Shown: in pieces, positions 49,647-60,990 of the stretch
Numbering within the stretch: position 1 is the stretch's first letter
Layout: every line of letters starts with the position of its first letter
The notes under the pieces: generated by a model
Database searches by the model: none
What the model was told of the DNA's origin: nothing
What the model saw: only the letters and a program-made list of their open reading frames with translations
Source: Pirellula sp.
GTDB taxonomy: Bacteria > Planctomycetota > Planctomycetia > Pirellulales > Pirellulaceae
Assembly: GCA_040396935.1 (NCBI GenBank)
Contig: JBBAXA010000014.1
Span: 3,314-67,313, forward strand
Direction of reading: 5' to 3'
Length of the DNA: 64,000 nt
Program-made: the position numbers and the translations under genes

Positions 49647-50147
49647 GATGATCGAAAGATCCTGGCTCGAGCCCCAGGATATGCATCCCGGGGGGCGACT
49701 CGATGTTCATTTCTTCACTAGATTTCTAACTTGGCGAGGATTCCTAATTCTCGTTCCAACATCGCGTTGCGTCCTGGTCGCATGCATCGCCGCGTGACCC
49801 ATCAGGCGATTCTGTCTTTCTCTTTCGATGTCCGTTCCCGTCTCGGGTTATCGATCTGGCTAATCGGTGCGGCACGCAGCAAGATCGGTTGGCATTCGCG
49901 AACTTGGGGCATTCAATCGAACAGGGTCGGCGGATGGTTTTTGTCCGACCAGTTTTCGTCGGCAAACACCATCACCCGTCCACCGCACGGACCGGAGAAT
50001 TCTGATGGTTTTGTCAAGTGGGGAGTGCAATCGGTGAGATCTGTTCTAGGAGGCGAACGCGAGAGAGAAACTTACGAAGTCGGCCGGTTTTAGGTACACT
50101 GCGAAGCCTTAGTTGCCAAGAAATAAAGCCTCGCACTCGTGATTCCG

Positions 50148-51830
50148 ATGTCCAATCAAAAACTGAACAAGATTTCGTCTCGCATCACCCAGCCTAAATC
50201 GCAGGGAGCCTCCCAAGCGATGCTCTACGGAACAGGGATGACCCCTGAGGATATGAACAAGGGGCAAGTCGGAATCGGGAGTGTTTGGTATGAGGGCAAT
50301 ACGTGCAACATGCACCTCTTGGATCTCGCCATGCATGTCAAGCAAGCGGTGGTTGCCGAGGGATTGGTGGGCATGCGATTCAACACCGTGGGCGTCAGCG
50401 ATGGAATCAGCATGGGTACGGACGGAATGTCATTCTCTCTCCAATCCAGGGACTTAATCGCGGATTCCATTGAGACCATCATGGGCGCCCAGTGGTACGA
50501 TGCTTTGATCACTCTGCCGGGTTGCGACAAGAATATGCCTGGCTGTTTGATTGCGATGGGTAGGCTCAATCGCCCTGCCCTTATGATCTACGGGGGTACC
50601 ATCCGCGCTGGTAAATGGAATGGCCACTCCTTGGATATTGTTTCTGCTTTCCAGTGCTATGGCCAATACATCGCGGGCCAAATAGACGAAGAGACTCGAG
50701 CCAACATTGTTCGGAATGCATGCCCCGGGGCGGGAGCCTGCGGAGGTATGTACACAGCCAATACGATGGCTTCAGCCATCGAAGCCCTGGGAATGTCACT
50801 TCCCTATTCAGCGTCCATTCCGGCCGAGGATCCAGCGAAGATCGATGAATGCGTTCGCGCCGCTCGAGCGATACGCCATCTGATGGAACAGGATCTCAAA
50901 CCTCGGGATATCATGACACGAGCCGCTTTTGAGAACGCGATGGTCGTCGTCATGGCCTTGGGAGGAAGCACCAATGCTGTACTCCATCTCATCGCTATGG
51001 CCAGAAGCGTTGATATTCCATTGACACTTGATGACTTCCAGAAGGTGAGCGATCGCGTCCCATTCTTGGCCGACTTGAAACCATCCGGAAAGTTCGTACA
51101 GGAGGATTTGCATTCCATCGGTGGTACCCCGGCAGTCATGAAGTATCTCTTGGCTGAAGGGTTCCTACGTGGGGATTGCATGACGGTTACTGGCAAGACT
51201 CTTTCAGAAAATCTCTCGGAACTCCCCGGTCTCAAACCCGGACAAAAAATCGTTCAACCTATTTCGGATCCCATCAAGCCGACCGGACATATCCAAATCC
51301 TGTACGGCAACTTAGCTCCGGAAGGCTCTGTTGCCAAAATCACAGGAAAAGAAGGGTTGAAATTCGTTGGTCCCGCCCGTTGCTTTGATAGCGAGGAAGC
51401 AATGCTGGAAGCCTTGGAAAACAAAAAAATCGAAAAGGGAGATGTGATCCTGATTCGTTACGAAGGTCCCAAGGGGGGGCCAGGGATGCCAGAGATGTTG
51501 ACTCCAACCTCTGCCATCATGGGAGCTGGACTCGGATCGCACGTAGCCCTTCTAACCGACGGTCGCTTCTCCGGGGGATCGCACGGTTTCATTGTCGGTC
51601 ATATCACTCCCGAAGCACAAGTGGGTGGTCCCTTTGCCTTGGTACGCGATGGCGATGTCGTTACCATCGATGCGGAAAACAATCGTCTCGATGTCGGCGT
51701 TTCCGACGAAGAGCTTCAAAGACGCCGCTCAACATGGCAAGCACCACCTCTCAAGGCCACCCGTGGCACCCTCTACAAATACATCAAGAATGTAAAAAGT
51801 GCTAGCGAAGGCTGTGTCACCGACGAGTGA
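50148..51830 (+). CDS. ilvD: Dihydroxy-acid dehydratase
   Basis: [66 protein letters not shown]. Confidence 0.98.
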   Translation: MSNQKLNKISSRITQPKSQGASQAMLYGTGMTPEDMNKGQVGIGSVWYEGNTCNMHLLDLAMHVKQAVVAEGLVGMRFNTVGVSDGISMGTDGMSFSLQSRDLIADSIETIMGAQWYDALITLPGCDKNMPGCLIAMGRLNRPALMIYGGTIRAGKWNGHSLDIVSAFQCYGQYIAGQIDEETRANIVRNACPGAGACGGMYTANTMASAIEALGMSLPYSASIPAEDPAKIDECVRAARAIRHLMEQDLKPRDIMTRAAFENAMVVVMALGGSTNAVLHLIAMARSVDIPLTLDDFQKVSDRVPFLADLKPSGKFVQEDLHSIGGTPAVMKYLLAEGFLRGDCMTVTGKTLSENLSELPGLKPGQKIVQPISDPIKPTGHIQILYGNLAPEGSVAKITGKEGLKFVGPARCFDSEEAMLEALENKKIEKGDVILIRYEGPKGGPGMPEMLTPTSAIMGAGLGSHVALLTDGRFSGGSHGFIVGHITPEAQVGGPFALVRDGDVVTIDAENNRLDVGVSDEELQRRRSTWQAPPLKATRGTLYKYIKNVKSASEGCVTDE

Positions 51831-51992
51831 GTCGATTGATTGATATTGCTTTTGAACTGGTGATAGAGTCAACAACTTGGTAGACAACAGCCAGGTGGCG
51901 GCGAGTTGTCATTCGTATTGCGGCTGCCGCGCCGCTGGCAGGGTATCGCCTTCTCGCGTGTTCCCCGTCGATCGCTAGGTTTGGACTACCAG

Positions 51993-53996
51993 ATGAGCTC
52001 TGCACGAGAATCACGCTTCGTTGCCCCTCTGCATGTTGAGAGATGGATCGATCCGAATCTCGCATCGTGGCTGGTGATTCTGATCGTATCGGCCGCGATC
52101 TTGCTACCGAGTTTGAATGCAACCCGTTTTTGGGATCAAGACGAGGGGTACTACGCATCGGTTGCCCTCGAGATGCATCAAAGGGACGATTGGATCGTAC
52201 CGACCTTCAATGGGGAGCTTTTCGCTCATAAACCTCCGGTGATGTATTGGGGCATGCGAGCCGGTTTTCTCCTGTTTGGTGTCAACGAATTCGGTGCACG
52301 ATTCTTCAGTGCGATCGCAGGTATCATCACGATCCTCGTGACCTATCGGCTCGCCAGCAAACTCTTCGATTCCGCGGTTGGCATTCTCGCGGCTTTAGGG
52401 TTGGCAACATGCATTCTGTTCTCGATGGTTGCGCGATCGGCTACGGCGGATACCTACCTCTGCATGTTTACCGTCCTCGCACTCCATCATTGGGTTTGTG
52501 CCTATAGCAAGGATTTGGATCGAACCGTCGCCGAGAGACTCCATGGGATTGTCTGGAAGGATTGGTTCGTGGTGTACAGCTATTTAGGGTTTGCCATACT
52601 CACGAAAGGGCCGATCGGGTTTTTATTTCCTGCAGCGGTCATTGGGCTCTTTCTTCTTATGGAGAAAGCGTCTGAGCACCAAACTCAGGGAATGTTTCAA
52701 CCGCATCCACGGTTTCGTATTTCTGTTTCGATCCTGAGGAGAGTGGCCGGATTCAATCAACCAGAACACCGGAGTGCAAACGCACTGCCGCTACGATTGT
52801 TTGGGGTACAACGCGGACTGCTCGGCACATGGTTACCTGTGGCTCGCCTGTATGAGATACTCAGGATTGTCGATCCGCGTTCGTTTCTTCGAACCTGCCT
52901 GGCGATGAGACTATGGGTAGCTCTGTTCGCTCTGTCATGGACTGCGGCTCCCTGGTTTATTCTCGTGGAATGGAAATCCCAGGGCTTGTTCCTCGAGGAA
53001 TTCATCGGGGTTCATCACTGGGGACGTTTTCATCAGGCGATGGACAACCACCGAGGATCGATCCTCTACTATCCGGCCGTTTGCCTCGTCGGATTATTTC
53101 CATGGTCCTCCTTTGCCATCCCGACCACCATCCACTGGCTGCGATCCCCAACCCCTACATTCGATCGTCGCGCACTCCGCTTTGTCACGGCATGGATCCT
53201 CGTCTATATGGGAATCTTCTCATTCGCTTCGACCAAACTACCCAATTATGTTTTACCAGCTTATCCCGCATTGCTGATGGTCATCGCCTATTACTTCAAG
53301 GACTCCGTTGTTCGCGAAAGGATACATCGTCGATGGCAAATCGCCGGTTGGCTATTCTTCTCGCTGGTGGGGGTGGCTCTTGTGGGGTTTCTGGGCCTAG
53401 TCCCTCGACTCGAAATCTCAGGGAGACCACTGCTTGATCAGTTCGAGATTTCTTCGAGTGCTCAGTCCGCAATTGGATCGCTGTGGCTCATTGGAGTACC
53501 GATCGCGATCCTCGGAGTATTTGGATTGTATCTTGTCTGGAATGCGAAACCGCAGATGGCGACCGTTTGTTTCCTCAGCGCATCGATCGCTTTTACAAGT
53601 CTGCTGTGGCAATATGGAGCGAGGATCGTCGATCGGTTGCAGACACCTCAGCTCGCTGCGGCCCAGCTCGAAGCGTTGGGTGGATCTTCCGGGGTTCGAC
53701 TGACAGCGATTAATCTGTTTCGACCGTCGATGGTCTTTTATTTTGGAAATCCGATCCACTTTGAAACCGATCGATCGATACGAGACAATCACTACGAAGT
53801 ATCTTCGTCAAACAGCGAATACCTGATTTTGTGTGACGAGGATTGGGAGCAGCTGCACGAACGTTTTGGGGACGACTATCGCGTGATCATGCAACTTCCC
53901 AACTTCCCAGAAAACGGGAATCTCTTGGTCGTATCCAACGCTCCCTCATCGCAATCGTTAGCAGACCGTTCGACTGATTCGAAATCGATTCGTTAA
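51993..53996 (+). CDS. ArnT/GT83 (GT-C) polyprenyl-dependent glycosyltransferase
   Basis: WDQDEGYYA, FAHKPP, LTKGPIG, GLFPWS, TKLPNYVLPAYP; many TM helices. Confidence 0.9.
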   Translation: MSSARESRFVAPLHVERWIDPNLASWLVILIVSAAILLPSLNATRFWDQDEGYYASVALEMHQRDDWIVPTFNGELFAHKPPVMYWGMRAGFLLFGVNEFGARFFSAIAGIITILVTYRLASKLFDSAVGILAALGLATCILFSMVARSATADTYLCMFTVLALHHWVCAYSKDLDRTVAERLHGIVWKDWFVVYSYLGFAILTKGPIGFLFPAAVIGLFLLMEKASEHQTQGMFQPHPRFRISVSILRRVAGFNQPEHRSANALPLRLFGVQRGLLGTWLPVARLYEILRIVDPRSFLRTCLAMRLWVALFALSWTAAPWFILVEWKSQGLFLEEFIGVHHWGRFHQAMDNHRGSILYYPAVCLVGLFPWSSFAIPTTIHWLRSPTPTFDRRALRFVTAWILVYMGIFSFASTKLPNYVLPAYPALLMVIAYYFKDSVVRERIHRRWQIAGWLFFSLVGVALVGFLGLVPRLEISGRPLLDQFEISSSAQSAIGSLWLIGVPIAILGVFGLYLVWNAKPQMATVCFLSASIAFTSLLWQYGARIVDRLQTPQLAAAQLEALGGSSGVRLTAINLFRPSMVFYFGNPIHFETDRSIRDNHYEVSSSNSEYLILCDEDWEQLHERFGDDYRVIMQLPNFPENGNLLVVSNAPSSQSLADRSTDSKSIR

Positions 53997-54088
53997 ATCG
54001 CCGTCCACGAATCGTTTGAATGCGTATGTCTGTAGAAATCGAGGATTGCGCGAACTACCCCAAAATTGCATTCCTCTCGGGCATTCCG

Positions 54089-54859
54089 CTATGTGTTCGT
54101 CGAGTTCCTGTCGCGCAGCAGGATTTCCTGAAAACTCTGGACCTGGGGGCCTGGGTAGCTGGAGGATAAAGGTCGATTGTTAGGACGGATGCTCGCAACC
54201 GTCTGGAATCCCGAGGTCGTCGCTGCGATTAGCTCCTCAGCGATGTCGGAAACGAATAGAACACGCGACGGTATGGCTTCCAGCTTCTCGGCGATCTTTG
54301 AGTAGCTCGCGGGATCCTGTTTCTTTCCGATCGTCGTATCAAAGAAACTCGATAGTAGCCCGGTTAAATCTCCTGCCGTCGTGTGTCCAAAGAATAGTTT
54401 TTGGGCGAGTACACTTCCCGATGAATAAATAGAAATTCGATAACCTCGGGAGATCCAATCATGGAGAGCAGGCGGCACATCTGGAAACAATTCGGCCGTG
54501 AGCAATCCTGATTCGAAACCTTCTTTCCAGATCAAACCTTGCAAAGCTTTCAGGCCAGTCGTTTTACTATCGATATCCATGAGGTGTTCGAGGTAGACCA
54601 GCAATTGCTCTTGAAAACGGAGGTCGTCACGCGAGATGCTATTCAGTGGATTCTCCGGATCCATTTTCGAATCCAAAACGACTTGGTCGATCGCCTGGGC
54701 AACCTCTGCCGAGGACGCATGCTGAGAAACGAAGTCCCGCATGTGTTGCCTCGCATAGGGAAACATCACGTCGAAAACGAATCGAACGTCGGATACGGTC
54801 CCTTCGATGTCGAGCAGGATATGCTGGACACCAGAGAGTTGGACTTGGGTCGGACTCAT
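54089..54859 (-). CDS. mtnC: Enolase-phosphatase E1 (acireductone synthase)
   Basis: LLDIEGT, VMFPYA, KTTGLKALQGLIWKEGF, YSSGSVLAQKLFF, FFDT, LFVSD. Confidence 0.93.
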   Translation of the reverse strand: MSPTQVQLSGVQHILLDIEGTVSDVRFVFDVMFPYARQHMRDFVSQHASSAEVAQAIDQVVLDSKMDPENPLNSISRDDLRFQEQLLVYLEHLMDIDSKTTGLKALQGLIWKEGFESGLLTAELFPDVPPALHDWISRGYRISIYSSGSVLAQKLFFGHTTAGDLTGLLSSFFDTTIGKKQDPASYSKIAEKLEAIPSRVLFVSDIAEELIAATTSGFQTVASIRPNNRPLSSSYPGPQVQSFQEILLRDRNSTNT

Positions 54860-55000
54860 TCGCACGCCTTTCGTTTCCGTCGAGATATCGTATTTTCCAT
54901 AGGGCAACGGGGTTGGATCGGATCCCTAGAAAACAAGAAAGCCTGGGTTTCCCCAGGCTACTGTCGTTCTAAATTTTTACGAACGTTTGTCTAGGCAGGT

Positions 55001-55228
55001 TTACTCGCGAGGGCGAATAGCGCCGGTGAGCCCGCTATAGTCAACACGGTCATCCGAATGCCACAGTGGCTGTCCGAGTTCGACGCGACGACGAAGGACC
55101 TCGATTTTCTCTTGCGATCCAGCCGGGGCATCGGTCGGCAAGAAATGATTGTCTACGATTGGGTCGAAGTCTTCATCATGACCGTACTTGAGAATTGCTT
55201 CAAAAACGTTCTTGCACAAATTACTCAT
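55001..55228 (-). CDS. Small conserved hypothetical protein (planctomycete-type)
   Basis: NVFEAILKYGHDEDF..., PTDAPAGSQEKIEVLRRRVELGQPLWH..D reads as a real protein; purine-rich GGGAGGG upstream. Confidence 0.8.
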   Translation of the reverse strand: MSNLCKNVFEAILKYGHDEDFDPIVDNHFLPTDAPAGSQEKIEVLRRRVELGQPLWHSDDRVDYSGLTGAIRPRE

Positions 55229-55684
55229 TAATTATTTGCCCTCCCATTGGTTCCGTGTTTCGCGGGTGATGACGGACACTCCCGCGCCTATACCCAGGGA
55301 CGGAGCGGAATCCCCACTCCGAGAAATCCTGTCGGTGACTGCTACACTTTGACGCCGCCACAAGCGACGAACTCACCCACAAAAATTCTTCTCGTTTCTC
55401 CCAACATCTAGGATTATTGGCATGAGGGCATCAAAGTCAAGAAAATTTTAGCCCCAACAAGGGACTCCTCCCCTTGTAAACGCTGCAAATTTCGAGCAGC
55501 TAAACTCTGACGCTGGAGTTCGTCCAAAAGGGAGTCGGGAGTTCTCTCATCCATCATGGCTTTCTAGGTTCGGTCGGCGCCGCAAAGCTCCTCTAAAGCA
55601 ATTCTACACACCACAATTTTACATCCAGCTCGAAGGGACGTTAGAATTCCCTGTTCAGCCCAGTCACCCCCAAGAGCACATCCG

Positions 55685-58384
55685 ATGAAACAATCCCTTC
55701 AAAAAATTTTTCAATTCTCCCCTGTTTTTATCTGCCTCCTGGCCTCGATCGGCTCCGCCAACCCTGCTGCGATCGCTCAGGAAACAGAGAAAGACCTGGA
55801 TGCAAAGTCCCTGTTCACTTCGTCCAGCCAACGATTAACCCCCTACGGCAAGCAAATCGATCTTCCCGGACTCCGTCCGCAAGTGATCGCCATTTCCCCC
55901 AGCCAGCGATTGATGGTCACCTCGGGCAAAACGAGCAAATTGATTGCCATCGATCCCGATTCCGGTGAGGTACTCCAGCAGGTGGACCTTCCCTCGAATG
56001 AACAAACCGAAATACCGGATATCGCTTCCGCAAATATTCTTAAGCCGGACAGCAAAGCCTTGGCGAGCTATATAGGCCTCCTGTTTTCGCCTGACGGTCG
56101 TTGGATCTATCTCAGCGACGTGAATGGATCCGTCAAAGTTTTTCAGGTCGGTCCAGACCGAAAGATCGTTCCTGCCTACACGATCCCCCTGCCCAATGCA
56201 AATGCGCCTCGTCGAAAACAGGAGATCCCTAGTGGCTTGGCGATCCATGGCGATGGTTCCAAACTCTATATCTGTGGGAACTTGTCCGACAAACTGTTCG
56301 AATGGGATGTGTCGGCCAAGCGAATCACGGCGACTTGGGAGGTTGGAGTCGCACCCTACGACGTCGTACTCCATGGCAACAAAGCCTATGTCAGCAACTG
56401 GGGTGGAAGACGCCCTGAACCTGGGAACGTTACCGGTCCTGCCGGGCGAGGGACCCAGGTACGAGTCGACAACCAGCGGTTCATCGCGAATGAGGGATCG
56501 ATCACAATCGTCGACAAATCCTCGAATACCACGAAACAGGTACTCGTCGGATTGAATCCTTCGGACCTGGAGATCACGCCTGATGGCAAGTACCTGGTGT
56601 GCGCGAACACCAACAGCGATACGTTGTCGATTCTCGATCTCTCGCGAGACGAAGTCGTTGAAACGATTTCCGTCAAACAATCCCCTTCGGATCTGTTTGG
56701 TGCCTCCCCGAATGCGTTAGCCTTCGGCCCCCTGGGTAAGCGACTCTACGTCGCCCATGGATCGCAGAATGCAATCGGCGTGATCGACTTTGATGCCGAG
56801 GATCGCGGAGACACGAAATTGATCGGTCTACTTCCAACCAGCTGGTATCCGGGCGCTCTTGTGTTCGACGAGAAACAAAAGTCTCTATGCGTCGCGAATT
56901 TGAAAGGCTTGCCCATCACGAAAGTCAAGAAAGAGAAATCGGAGGGGTTCAATTCGCATCAGCACTATGGTTCGGTGAGCTTGATGCCGATCCCGGACGA
57001 CTCCTTGTTGCCAGCCTTCTCGGAGCGAGTCTCTCGCAACATGCGGTATGGTGCGATGAAAGATGCTGCGCTTCCTGCACGCCCAAATCAACCCGCGAGA
57101 GCGATCCCTCAACGCATTGGTGAGCCGAGTTTGATCGAGCATGTCGTCTATGTCATCAAGGAGAACCGTACCTACGATCAAGTTTTAGGAGATATCGATC
57201 GAGGCAATGGCGATCCGGGGCTCTGCATTTTCGGTCGCGAACTGACACCCAACCAACACAAGATGGCCGAGGACTTTGTTCTGCTCGACAATACCTACTG
57301 CTGCGGTATCCTCAGCGCCGATGGCCATCAATGGAGTACCACCGCAATCAGCACCGCTTACCTCGAGAAGAGTTTTGGTGGGTTTCCTCGCAGTTACCCC
57401 GATGGCATGGGGGAGGACGAAGCCGATGCGCTGGCCTACTCACCCGCGGGATTCCTTTGGGATAATGCGATCGCACATGGCAAAACGTTGCGCAACTATG
57501 GTGAATTCATGATTCCAAAAGTGCGATGGCGGGATGCGACCAAGGCAGGGAAGCCCAATTACATGGCATGCTATCGGACTTGGAAAAAAGATAGTGACGA
57601 GGTGATTCTCGAATCGGAGCCTGCCATTGAAAGTATTCGGCCTTATTCCCCGACCCGTTATGTCGGCTGGGGAATGGAGGTTCCGGATCAGTATCGAGCG
57701 GACTTCATTATCGACGAACTCAAACAGTACGAAGAGCGAGGGCAATTCCCGAATCTCGTCATTATCTGTTTGCCGAATGACCACACCAGTGGAGCCTCAC
57801 CCTCCTTCCCGACACCGGCATCGAGCATGGCTGACAACGATCTGGCCTTTGGTCGAATTGTAGACGCCTTAAGCCATTCTAAATTTTGGCCGAAGATGGC
57901 GATTTTTTCGATTCAAGATGACCCTCAAGCGGGCTGGGATCATGTGAGTGGCTATCGTACTACATCGTACTGCGTGAGCCCTTACGTCAAGCGAGGCGCA
58001 ACCGTCAGCACCCGATACAATACCACCAGTCTGATTCGAACCATGGAACAGATACTCGGTTTACCACCTATGAATCAGTTCGATGCCGGTGCGGTTCCCA
58101 TGTTCGATTGCTTTGTGGACACACCCAATCTCGAACCATTTCAATCGGTTCCCATCACCGTTCCACTAGATCAGTTAAACCCCTCAAAGCAGGCACTCCT
58201 GGATCCTGCGAGAAGGATACTCGCCGAACTATCGGAGTCGATGGACTTTTCTCAAGTCGACAAAGCTCCAGAAGACCTGCTCAACCGAGTCCTGTGGCAA
58301 ACCATGCGTCCTATCGATCCCTATCCGGAATGGGCGGTCGGTTCTTATGTAGATGATGATGAGGAAGAGGAAATTGGTAAATAA
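55685..58384 (+). CDS. Exported YncE-like beta-propeller fused to a phosphoesterase domain
   Basis: Signal peptide; propeller blades (VGVAPYDV, VGLNPSDL, YVSNWGG); phosphoesterase motifs HVVYVIKENRTYDQVLGD, SADGHQW, LPNDHT, QDDPQAGWDHV. Confidence 0.88.
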   Translation: MKQSLQKIFQFSPVFICLLASIGSANPAAIAQETEKDLDAKSLFTSSSQRLTPYGKQIDLPGLRPQVIAISPSQRLMVTSGKTSKLIAIDPDSGEVLQQVDLPSNEQTEIPDIASANILKPDSKALASYIGLLFSPDGRWIYLSDVNGSVKVFQVGPDRKIVPAYTIPLPNANAPRRKQEIPSGLAIHGDGSKLYICGNLSDKLFEWDVSAKRITATWEVGVAPYDVVLHGNKAYVSNWGGRRPEPGNVTGPAGRGTQVRVDNQRFIANEGSITIVDKSSNTTKQVLVGLNPSDLEITPDGKYLVCANTNSDTLSILDLSRDEVVETISVKQSPSDLFGASPNALAFGPLGKRLYVAHGSQNAIGVIDFDAEDRGDTKLIGLLPTSWYPGALVFDEKQKSLCVANLKGLPITKVKKEKSEGFNSHQHYGSVSLMPIPDDSLLPAFSERVSRNMRYGAMKDAALPARPNQPARAIPQRIGEPSLIEHVVYVIKENRTYDQVLGDIDRGNGDPGLCIFGRELTPNQHKMAEDFVLLDNTYCCGILSADGHQWSTTAISTAYLEKSFGGFPRSYPDGMGEDEADALAYSPAGFLWDNAIAHGKTLRNYGEFMIPKVRWRDATKAGKPNYMACYRTWKKDSDEVILESEPAIESIRPYSPTRYVGWGMEVPDQYRADFIIDELKQYEERGQFPNLVIICLPNDHTSGASPSFPTPASSMADNDLAFGRIVDALSHSKFWPKMAIFSIQDDPQAGWDHVSGYRTTSYCVSPYVKRGATVSTRYNTTSLIRTMEQILGLPPMNQFDAGAVPMFDCFVDTPNLEPFQSVPITVPLDQLNPSKQALLDPARRILAELSESMDFSQVDKAPEDLLNRVLWQTMRPIDPYPEWAVGSYVDDDEEEEIGK

Positions 58385-58470
58385 CGCTCATCTTCGGCGC
58401 GTGGCGATCGCGTGATCCCAGCCCATCGACTTCCCAATGTGGATGCAGATCGACTGCCTGTCTATTCCGG

Positions 58471-59586
58471 CTAACTCGTCGAGAGAGAACCCACCAGGGA
58501 TCCCGTCCAGTTTTTGAGCTGCACTGCCGTTTTATAAGTCGCATGACGGATTTGGGAACCCAATTGACTGGATGCAATAATCCAGCGTTCCTGAGGGTTG
58601 CGTTGCGCACCGAGCCGTTCTTTGTACTCTTCATCCCCACGCATAAAATCGACTTTGGTGCAGCCAAGCGAAATCGCATGTCGAATGAGACCGAAACTGG
58701 TCTGCCACCCTGGTCGATAGTCGTTGTACTCCGTATTCATACCCGTCAAATAAACGGACAGAGTTCCATCACGGACGAATGCAATAGCACCGCCGCCAGG
58801 TTTCCCATCGATATGCAGCATGGCGACAATCGGATGGGTTCGTTCGTCGAACCAGTACCGATCGAGTGCATTCTTCAAAAAGGAACCAAACGATTGACGC
58901 GAGAAACAACCACGGATGCCACGTTCTTTCCAACGCGATTGATGCAGGAGCGTGATCTGCTCGAATAGCTCCATGGCTCGGGGTAAAGAATCCGCGATTT
59001 CAAAACCACAGTTCCTCGATTGGTGCTGTTCCGACTCCTGGTACATCTTTCGAACTCGTCTGGAAACGCTCGCCAGGTAGGTTGGAAAGCTTTCTTTTAC
59101 CGTGAGTTCCCAGCAATTCAAACTGGCTCTCCGCTCCAAAGAAGGTTGACATCCCTGAATCAACTTATCGAGAAACGCATTCATCCCGGCATCCTGCGGC
59201 CTTACTCCGTCCAGATCGATATGATCCCAACGGAACGACCGATGGATGGGTGCCGCTAGAAATCCTGCAAAGGCCTCCGCGACCAGGTTCTCATCTTCGG
59301 GTTGACACACGAGACCCATATTGTCCGAACATGCTTTTCCACTTCCTAGCCAAACGAGAGTGTCCCCGGTGAACAAGCTACGATGCCGCGCCAAGGGGAG
59401 AAATCCGAGCACTTTCTCATCCCGGACTGCCTCCAAAATCATCAATTCATGATCGCTGCGGTAGGCATCCCACCAGGACCTCAGCCAACCAAAGCCGCGA
59501 TTGAAATGGGGAATCGTTATCTCGTCCCAGAGCGACTTCCGGGAATCCCATTGAGCAGTGTTTTGAATTACGTTTACATTCAGCAT
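58471..59586 (-). CDS. GNAT-family N-acyltransferase (CelD/BcsL, Acetyltransf_6-like)
   Basis: GWLRSWW, GFLPL, SDNMG, LHQSRW, YRPG, DFMRGDEEYK. Confidence 0.85.
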   Translation of the reverse strand: MLNVNVIQNTAQWDSRKSLWDEITIPHFNRGFGWLRSWWDAYRSDHELMILEAVRDEKVLGFLPLARHRSLFTGDTLVWLGSGKACSDNMGLVCQPEDENLVAEAFAGFLAAPIHRSFRWDHIDLDGVRPQDAGMNAFLDKLIQGCQPSLERRASLNCWELTVKESFPTYLASVSRRVRKMYQESEQHQSRNCGFEIADSLPRAMELFEQITLLHQSRWKERGIRGCFSRQSFGSFLKNALDRYWFDERTHPIVAMLHIDGKPGGGAIAFVRDGTLSVYLTGMNTEYNDYRPGWQTSFGLIRHAISLGCTKVDFMRGDEEYKERLGAQRNPQERWIIASSQLGSQIRHATYKTAVQLKNWTGSLVGSLSTS

Positions 59587-59592
59587 GGGACT

Positions 59593-60990
59593 TTAGAATT
59601 GGAAATAAAGAAAGGGACTTTCTGCATCGAACCGTAGAATGCAAACCAATAAAAGAATCGCCAGGCCGATGGCGGATACCCAGTTCCGTCGGGGCTGATA
59701 CTCCCATGCATTTGGAGACAGCCAGCAAAAGAGAAGGGCGCCGCAAGGGAGTAAGAAGGGTGTTGAGAAAATGATCGATAACGGGTTCCTCTCGAACCCA
59801 TGACATCCGGTAATCGCTAACGACCATTGCCAGGCCATCTCGAGACTGGTCGATCGAAATAAGAGCCATCCGATCATCACGCAAAACAACGTACCCAGCA
59901 TTCCTATCGCAGACGGTATCGCAAAAGGTAGCCGTTCTCGCAGAAGCGAATGGCTCACGAGTAATACTCCGTGGAAAACTCCCCAAAGTACAAAGGTCCA
60001 ACCCGCTCCGTGCCAGATACCCCCGAGAATCATGACAATCAAAAGATTGCGGCAGGAGATCCACTTTCCAAATCGACTTCCACCCATCGGAATGTACAAA
60101 TAGTCTCTCAAGAACGATGAGAGAGTCATGTGCCAACGCCGCCAAAACTGCTGGATGTTCGTGGACTTGTACGGAGAATCAAAGTTTTGAGGAAACTCAA
60201 AACCCAGAAACAGTCCTAATCCGATCGCCATATTACTGTAACCGGCGAAATCGAAGTAGAGTTGGATCGTGTAACCCAAAAGAGCCGACCATGCACCCAA
60301 AAACTGCAACGAGTCCAGATCGGCCAAAGAGGGATTGGTGACACTCGCGACGCTGTCAGCGACCAAAATCTTTTGAGACATGCCGATAACAAAAAACCAG
60401 ATACCTCGCGCGATTTGATCCCAGTCAGGTCTGCGAGGCAGGTACTGCATCTGCAATTCAACATCGCTGTATCGCACAATCGGTCCGGCGATGAGTTGCG
60501 GAAACATCGAAACATAAGCTGCGAAATGGAGTAAACTTCGCGCTGGTTGGATTTGCCCTCGATAGAGATCGATCGAATACGTGAGCGTTTGGAACGTGTA
60601 AAAACTGATACCGGCTGGCAGCAGGATATCGGGCACGGAAAGTGGAGCACCGAAACGGAATGTCTCCAATAAACCATTGAGCGACTGCGCCAAGAACCCG
60701 CAGTATTTGAAGTAACCCAGCATCCCTAAATTGCTTACCAACGAGACGGCGAGCAATATTTTTCGACGCTCTGGTCGCGACGTGTACGCCATGGCCAAAC
60801 CGACGTAGTAATCGACGAGCGTCGAGGCGAGTAGTAGGAAAGTAAACTCCCAGTGCCACCAACCATAGAAAAGGTAGCTGCCGAAGACCAGCATCGCGAG
60901 CCGAATCATCGGCCACCGACCCAGTCCCCACCACAATGCGAGAACGGCTGGAAGGAAGACCAAGACGAAGATATAGCTATTGAAGAGCAT
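59593..60990 (-). CDS. MBOAT O-acyltransferase (AlgI/PatA/DltB-like)
   Basis: MLFNSY.F, LPAGISFYTFQ, FPQLIAGPI, YFDFAGYS, NFDSPY, FWRRWH, GIWHG (catalytic His), C-terminal PFLYFQF. Confidence 0.95.
   Translation of the reverse strand: MLFNSYIFVLVFLPAVLALWWGLGRWPMIRLAMLVFGSYLFYGWWHWEFTFLLLASTLVDYYVGLAMAYTSRPERRKILLAVSLVSNLGMLGYFKYCGFLAQSLNGLLETFRFGAPLSVPDILLPAGISFYTFQTLTYSIDLYRGQIQPARSLLHFAAYVSMFPQLIAGPIVRYSDVELQMQYLPRRPDWDQIARGIWFFVIGMSQKILVADSVASVTNPSLADLDSLQFLGAWSALLGYTIQLYFDFAGYSNMAIGLGLFLGFEFPQNFDSPYKSTNIQQFWRRWHMTLSSFLRDYLYIPMGGSRFGKWISCRNLLIVMILGGIWHGAGWTFVLWGVFHGVLLVSHSLLRERLPFAIPSAIGMLGTLFCVMIGWLLFRSTSLEMAWQWSLAITGCHGFERNPLSIIFSTPFLLPCGALLFCWLSPNAWEYQPRRNWVSAIGLAILLLVCILRFDAESPFLYFQF

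Noticed and set aside
49650-50147. Attenuator leader peptide upstream of ilvD
   Set aside because: No short Ile/Leu/Val-rich ORF with a terminator/antiterminator was recognised.
52670-52900. Roughly 70-aa hydrophilic insertion in the ArnT-like protein as a possible in-frame mobile element
   Set aside because: No terminal repeats or target duplication; more likely a variable cytoplasmic loop.
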